A stretch of DNA of 10,772 nucleotides, from the IMG/VR virus record IMGVR_UViG_2657245124_000005; one strand, 5' to 3'. Positions within the stretch are counted from its first letter, which is position 1, and every line of letters begins with the position of its first letter. Positions 7,681 through 10,772 of this stretch are shown piece by piece. The translations under genes and the position numbers were made by a program. This DNA is from a virus. Lineage: Duplodnaviria > Heunggongvirae > Uroviricota > Caudoviricetes. The notes beneath the pieces are model-generated. The model saw only the letters and a program-made list of their open reading frames with translations. It was not told where the DNA came from and ran no database searches.

Positions 7681-7931
7681 GAATCAACTCCCATCAGCTT
7701 TTTCGTAGTAGTTTTATTCCTGCCAATAGTTAAAATTGCATCGGCAGAAAATAATCCGTTTGATGCAAGAGCGATTTTTTCAGCGTAATTTGTTTCGCCG
7801 GTATATTCTGTGCGAGGCAATTTTCCGTTATCCATCCATTTATAGATTGCTCTTTGGCTGACACCACAAACGTCGGCCACAACAGCAACGCGAACAGTTT
7901 TGATTACATCTTCAAGTGTTTTCTGGTTCAT
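7677..7931 (-). CDS. ydaS: Cro/YdaS-like HTH regulator
   Basis: ATG at 7931..7929 with GAGGGTGA upstream; 84 aa MNQKTLEDVIKTVRVAVVADVCGVSQRAIYKWMDNGKLP has a helix-turn-helix signature. Divergent from the repressor gene at 8011. The track's 108-aa version starts within the operator region and is unlikely. Confidence 0.65.
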   Translation of the reverse strand: MNQKTLEDVIKTVRVAVVADVCGVSQRAIYKWMDNGKLPRTEYTGETNYAEKIALASNGLFSADAILTIGRNKTTTKKLMGVDS

Positions 7932-8010
7932 ATCACCCTCACAATGTGAACTTTGAGTACATGCTATAACAGAACTGACAGTACATTCAAGAGCGAATAT
8001 CATTGAACTT
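7932..8010. promoter_or_regulatory. divergent promoter/operator region between Cro-like and repressor genes
   Basis: 79-bp gap between divergent starts; direct repeats of AGTACAT at 7956..7962 and 7980..7986, TGAACTT at 7947..7953 and 8004..8010, and TATAAC/GAATAT -10-like hexamers. Confidence 0.5.
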
Positions 8011-8430
8011 ATGGTTCATGAAGATAAAGCGCGTAAAGAGTTCGCCAGTAGGCTTGCGCTAGCCTGTGAAAACGCTGGTTATGAACAACATGGAAGGCAG
8101 GCAGAAATTGCCCGTCGAATGAAATTAACACCAAAAGCGGTTAGCAAATGGTTTAATGGCGAAACAATTCCTCGCCGGGAGAAATTAAGGGAATTAGCAA
8201 CACTAATAGGAACAACACCAACCTATCTTTTGGGAGAGGATACAGAAGAAAGTGGACAGGTACGTTTCTATCAGGAGTTAAATCCAAGACAAAAAATCAT
8301 CATTGACCTTCTGGACGAGCTCCCTGACAGTGAGACAGATGAACTTTTAAAAACTCTTGAAGAGAAAAAACAGAAGTACAATGCAATTTACGAAGAGTTA
8401 GCACGAAAGAAAAAACAAAAAGCCTCTTAA
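8011..8430 (+). CDS. DicA/RacR-type prophage repressor (XRE-family HTH, C-terminal acidic/coiled region)
   Basis: 139 aa; HTH_3-like segment QAEIARRMKLTPKAVSKWFNGETIPRREKLRELATLIGTTPTYLL. Same architecture as DicA but the sequence is not the K-12 DicA as I recall it. Confidence 0.75.
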   Translation: MVHEDKARKEFASRLALACENAGYEQHGRQAEIARRMKLTPKAVSKWFNGETIPRREKLRELATLIGTTPTYLLGEDTEESGQVRFYQELNPRQKIIIDLLDELPDSETDELLKTLEEKKQKYNAIYEELARKKKQKAS

Positions 8431-8499
8431 ACCAGCATAAATCCGGTAGCGCCTTCCTCCGGGTTTGTGCTTCACTTTATCCCATCTCATTTTTTTACA

Positions 8500-8555
8500 C
8501 ACAAAATGTACTAAAAGTACTTTACAACAATGAACGCAAAGTACATTATATACCT
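8500..8555 (+). promoter_or_regulatory. candidate promoter/operator of the rightward ydfA-dicF-dicB operon
   Basis: ATGTACT (8506..8512, reverse complement of AGTACAT), AGTACTT (8516..8522) and AGTACAT (8540..8546), overlapping a TTTACA-17 bp-CATTAT promoter-like arrangement (8521..8549). Confidence 0.4.
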
Positions 8556-8727
8556 GCCACCCACCCCGCCCCACAGAATGCAGGGCAATACTTCGAGTTA
8601 CCAGGCAGTGGTCAGGGGTTAAGTAGCCAGCCCGAGGCGTAAGAACATGACGGCAGGGTTCAACTTTAATAACTATGCAGCAGGTTTTTGTTCCGCTACC
8701 CCGGCGTTAAGGGGAAATGAGGTCAGC

Positions 8728-8880
8728 ATGGATACTATCGATCTTGGCAACAGCGAATCTCCGGTATGTGGCGTGTTCCCCAACCAGGACGGTACGTTCA
8801 CCGCGATGACATATACCAAAAGCAAAACGTTTAAAACCGAATCTGGCGCGCGTTGCTGGTTAGCCAGAAACACTGACTGA
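8728..8880 (+). CDS. ydfA: YdfA/YdaF-like small protein (DUF1391)
   Basis: ATG at 8728 with GAGG 5 nt upstream; 50 aa MDTIDLGNSESPVCGVFPNQDGTFTAMTYTKSKTFKTESGARCWLARNTD, which I recall as the first gene of the dicB operon. The 27-codon upstream extension in the track has no SD. Confidence 0.65.
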   Translation: MDTIDLGNSESPVCGVFPNQDGTFTAMTYTKSKTFKTESGARCWLARNTD

Positions 8881-8891
8881 TGAGGCTGACG

Positions 8892-9257
8892 ATGGAATTT
8901 AAAGATTTACCGTCTGATGTACAGAAAACAGCAGCTCATACATTGCATTCTGTGCTGCGAGAAATCGGGAAAGATATTGCAAGCGAGCCAGCAAAAGATC
9001 TGGCCCGGAAAATCAAGACCGCTTTCGTTGAGCTTTATAATGTTGGCACTGACTCTGAAACTGTCGAGACCAAGACCGTAAGTTCACCAATATTCTCACT
9101 TGAGCCAGGCGTATTATCAGGTGAAATATGCACCGAGATTTCCAGCGAACTGCTTCCGGTAATACGAGAAGCAATTTGCCGTCGCGGTTTGGATGGAAGT
9201 TACGATCATGACGTCCTGCAAGTTCTCAGGACAATGGTGACTTCACTGGGGATTTGA
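8892..9257 (+). CDS. hypothetical protein in the ydfB/ydfC position of the dicB operon
   Basis: ATG at 8892 with GAGG 6 nt upstream (MEFKDLPSDVQK...); an alternative ATG at 8880 overlaps the ydfA stop. 121 aa, so possibly a fused equivalent of two small K-12 ORFs. Confidence 0.55.
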   Translation: MEFKDLPSDVQKTAAHTLHSVLREIGKDIASEPAKDLARKIKTAFVELYNVGTDSETVETKTVSSPIFSLEPGVLSGEICTEISSELLPVIREAICRRGLDGSYDHDVLQVLRTMVTSLGI

Positions 9258-9426
9258 TCCCTGCGTCCTCTAACCTTTTGATATAGCGGTCCTCCAAGAA
9301 GCGGTAAATTTTGTCGAAATCATCTTTCCCCTCTGGTTTATTCAGAGGATTACAGGACCCGTAAGTAGCGGCATACATTTCAACCGTTTTATCAAAAATA
9401 TAAGAGACAAATTCTTCTTTAGTCAT
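9226..9426 (-). CDS. hypothetical small protein (66 aa), convergent with and overlapping the 3' end of the preceding gene
   Basis: ATG at 9426..9424 with AGGAAAT upstream; MTKEEFVSYIFDKTVEMYAATYGSC... reads like a real hydrophilic protein. Overlaps the plus-strand ORF by 32 bp, so either this gene or the last ~10 codons of the plus-strand call may be wrong. Confidence 0.4.
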   Translation of the reverse strand: MTKEEFVSYIFDKTVEMYAATYGSCNPLNKPEGKDDFDKIYRFLEDRYIKRLEDAGIKSPVKSPLS

Positions 9427-9701
9427 ATAGATTTCCTTCTTGGTTATTCTGGATAAGAAGGATACCACCTCGCCTGACGTGGTTAAAAGCAGGCACACAA
9501 CACGAAAGCGCACGGCGAAGTTCGTCTCACTGTACGGTGTCGTTAAATTTAATTCGACCGTGCGCTTCCGGTTGTGGCAACCCGCGAAATGGCGCGGCGG
9601 TAAGTATGGCGGGGTTATTCCTTCCCCGTTGAGGACACCGAGTTGTCAGGTTGACCATACGCTTAAGTGACAACCCCGCTGCAACGCCCTCTGTTATCAA
9701 T

Positions 9702-9759
9702 TTTCTGGTGACGTTTGGCGGTATCAGTTTTACTCCGTGACTGCTCTGCCGCCGTTTTT
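9702..9759 (+). ncRNA. dicF: DicF small regulatory RNA
   Basis: TTTCTGGTGACGTTTGGCGGTATCAGTTTTACTCCGTGACTGCTCTGCCGCCGTTTTT matches the DicF sequence as I remember it. It ends in a GGCGG/CCGCC stem (9717..9721 with 9749..9753) plus T5 (9755..9759) and lies just upstream of dicB, as in Qin. Confidence 0.85.
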
Positions 9760-9928
9760 AAAGTGAATTTTGTGATGCGGTGAATGCGGCTAAGCGCACG
9801 CGGAACAGTTAAAACCAAAAACAGTGTTATGGGTGGATTCTCTGTATCCGGCGTTAATTGTTAACTGGTTAACGTCACCTGGAGGCACCAGGCACTGCAT
9901 CACAAAATTCATTGTTGAGGACGCGATA

Positions 9929-10117
9929 ATGAAAACGTTATTACCAAACGTTAATACGTCTGAAGGTTGTTTTGAAATTGGTGTCACTATCAGTAACCCT
10001 GTATTTACTGAAGATGCCATTAACAAGAGAAAACAAGAACGGGAGCTATTAAATAAAATATGCATTGTTTCAATGCTGGCTCGTTTACGTCTGATGCCAA
10101 AAGGATGTACACAATGA
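9929..10117 (+). CDS. dicB: cell division inhibitor DicB
   Basis: ATG at 9929, GAGG 8 nt upstream; 62 aa MKTLLPNVNTSEGCFEIGVTISNPVFTEDAINKRKQERELLNKICIVSMLARLRLMPKGCTQ, matching DicB from memory, in the expected position after dicF. Confidence 0.85.
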   Translation: MKTLLPNVNTSEGCFEIGVTISNPVFTEDAINKRKQERELLNKICIVSMLARLRLMPKGCTQ

Positions 10118-10305
10118 ATTCAGCATTTGCGCTTGTTCTGACAGTTTTTCTTGTTTCCGGAGAGCCAGTTGATATTGCAGACAGTGTTCACAGGACAATG
10201 CAGGAGTGTATGACTGCAGCAACCGAACAGAAAATTCCCGGTAACTGTTACCCGGTCGATAAAGTTATTCACCAGGATAATATCGAAATCCCGGCAGGTC
10301 TTTAA
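10114..10305 (+). CDS. ydfD: YdfD-like small membrane (lysis-associated) protein
   Basis: ATG at 10114 overlaps the dicB stop (ATGA); AAGGA upstream; 63 aa MNSAFALVLTVFLVSGEPVD... with an N-terminal hydrophobic helix. Confidence 0.75.
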   Translation: MNSAFALVLTVFLVSGEPVDIADSVHRTMQECMTAATEQKIPGNCYPVDKVIHQDNIEIPAGL

Positions 10306-10398
10306 AACAGTTCCGTAATAAATATCCGGTTTCATTCTTATATGCCAGCAATGGCAGGGATTTGTTCATCCTTAAATCTGTCATGAGGTTAAAACAAA

Positions 10399-10772
10399 AT
10401 GAGTAAAGTCTTTATTTGCGCCGCTATTCCTGACGAACTGGCAACAAGGGAAGAAGGCGCTGTGGCTGTAGCCACAGCCATTGAAGCTGGCGACGAACGC
10501 CGTGCTCGAGCAAAATTTCACTGGCAGTTCCTGGAACATTATCCGGCTGCTCAGGACTGCGCTTATAAATTTATTGTCTGCGAGGATAAACCTGGCATAC
10601 CCCGCCCTGCCCTCGATTCATGGGATGCTGAATATATGCAGGAAAACCGCTGGGATGAGGAGTCAGCTTCTTTTGTCCCGGTTGAGACTGAATCCGATCC
10701 GATGAACGTCACTTTTGACAAGCTGGCCCCTGAAGTACAGAACGCTGTCATGGTTAAGTTCGACACATGTGA
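10399..10772 (+). CDS. hypothetical protein in the ydfE position, 5' part only (continues beyond window end)
   Basis: ATG at 10399 with GAGG 10 nt upstream; open frame MSKVFICAAIPDELATREEGAVAVATAIEAGDERRARAKFHWQFLEHYPAAQDCAYKFIVCEDKPG... with no stop to the window edge. Not in the ORF track because it is open-ended. Confidence 0.55.
   Translation, partial: MSKVFICAAIPDELATREEGAVAVATAIEAGDERRARAKFHWQFLEHYPAAQDCAYKFIVCEDKPGIPRPALDSWDAEYMQENRWDEESASFVPVETESDPMNVTFDKLAPEVQNAVMVKFDTC

Noticed and set aside
5900-7788. Track ORFs 5900..6109(+), 6158..6349(+), 6388..6648(+), 6843..7034(+), 7041..7244(+), 7371..7553(-), 7520..7708(+), 7540..7788(+)
   Set aside because: Antisense or off-frame overlaps of the 140-aa, O-like and YdaT-like genes; no independent support.
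7932-8003. N-terminal extension of the Cro-like ORF to 108 aa
   Set aside because: The extension would start inside the operator region next to the repressor start; the internal ATG at 7931 has a proper SD.
8647-8727. 27-codon upstream extension of the ydfA-like ORF
   Set aside because: No SD; the conserved small protein starts at 8728 with GAGG upstream.
8673-8873. 66-aa minus-strand ORF
   Set aside because: Antisense to the ydfA-like gene, no SD.
9440-9670. 76-aa plus-strand ORF upstream of DicF
   Set aside because: TTG start without SD, Arg-rich translation; the region is better explained as structured operon RNA preceding DicF.
9790-10335. Track ORFs 9790..10065(-), 10120..10335(-) and the long 97-aa and 81-aa forms of dicB and ydfD
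   Set aside because: Antisense to dicB/ydfD, or N-terminal extensions lacking SD; the 62-aa and 63-aa forms match the known proteins.
10481-10766. Track ORFs 10481..10705(+) and 10563..10766(-)
   Set aside because: Off-frame or antisense relative to the open-ended ORF starting at 10399, which has an SD and runs to the window edge.
1-10772. CRISPR arrays, tRNA or rRNA genes, integrase or att sites
   Set aside because: No regularly spaced direct repeats with spacers, no tRNA-like cloverleaf candidates and no integrase-like ORF were seen in this window.

Overview
The window reads as a mosaic lambdoid (Qin/Rac-type) prophage segment from an Escherichia/Shigella-like genome, most of it early-region genes on the minus strand plus a rightward dicB-type operon. 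Right to left on the minus strand: a Cro/YdaS-like regulator, a YdaT (CII-like) protein, an O-like replication initiator with GTGAC iterons inside its own reading frame, a 140-aa unknown, a Hok-family toxin, a 92-aa unknown, a DUF968/YdfU-like protein, and the N-terminus of a Q antiterminator-like gene cut by an IS3-family element (1..320). Rightward on the plus strand: a DicA/RacR-like repressor, then ydfA-like, a 121-aa ORF, the DicF sRNA, dicB, ydfD and a 5'-partial ORF running off the window. The most interesting feature is a low-GC, oppositely oriented two-gene cassette (3037..5387) between the replication genes and hok: an AbiH-family protein followed by a 463-aa protein I cannot place in any family, with a PD-(D/E)xK-like motif. 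I propose it as a candidate prophage-borne anti-phage module; its novelty needs a database search. All family assignments are from reading the translations and from memory of the families; no search was run.
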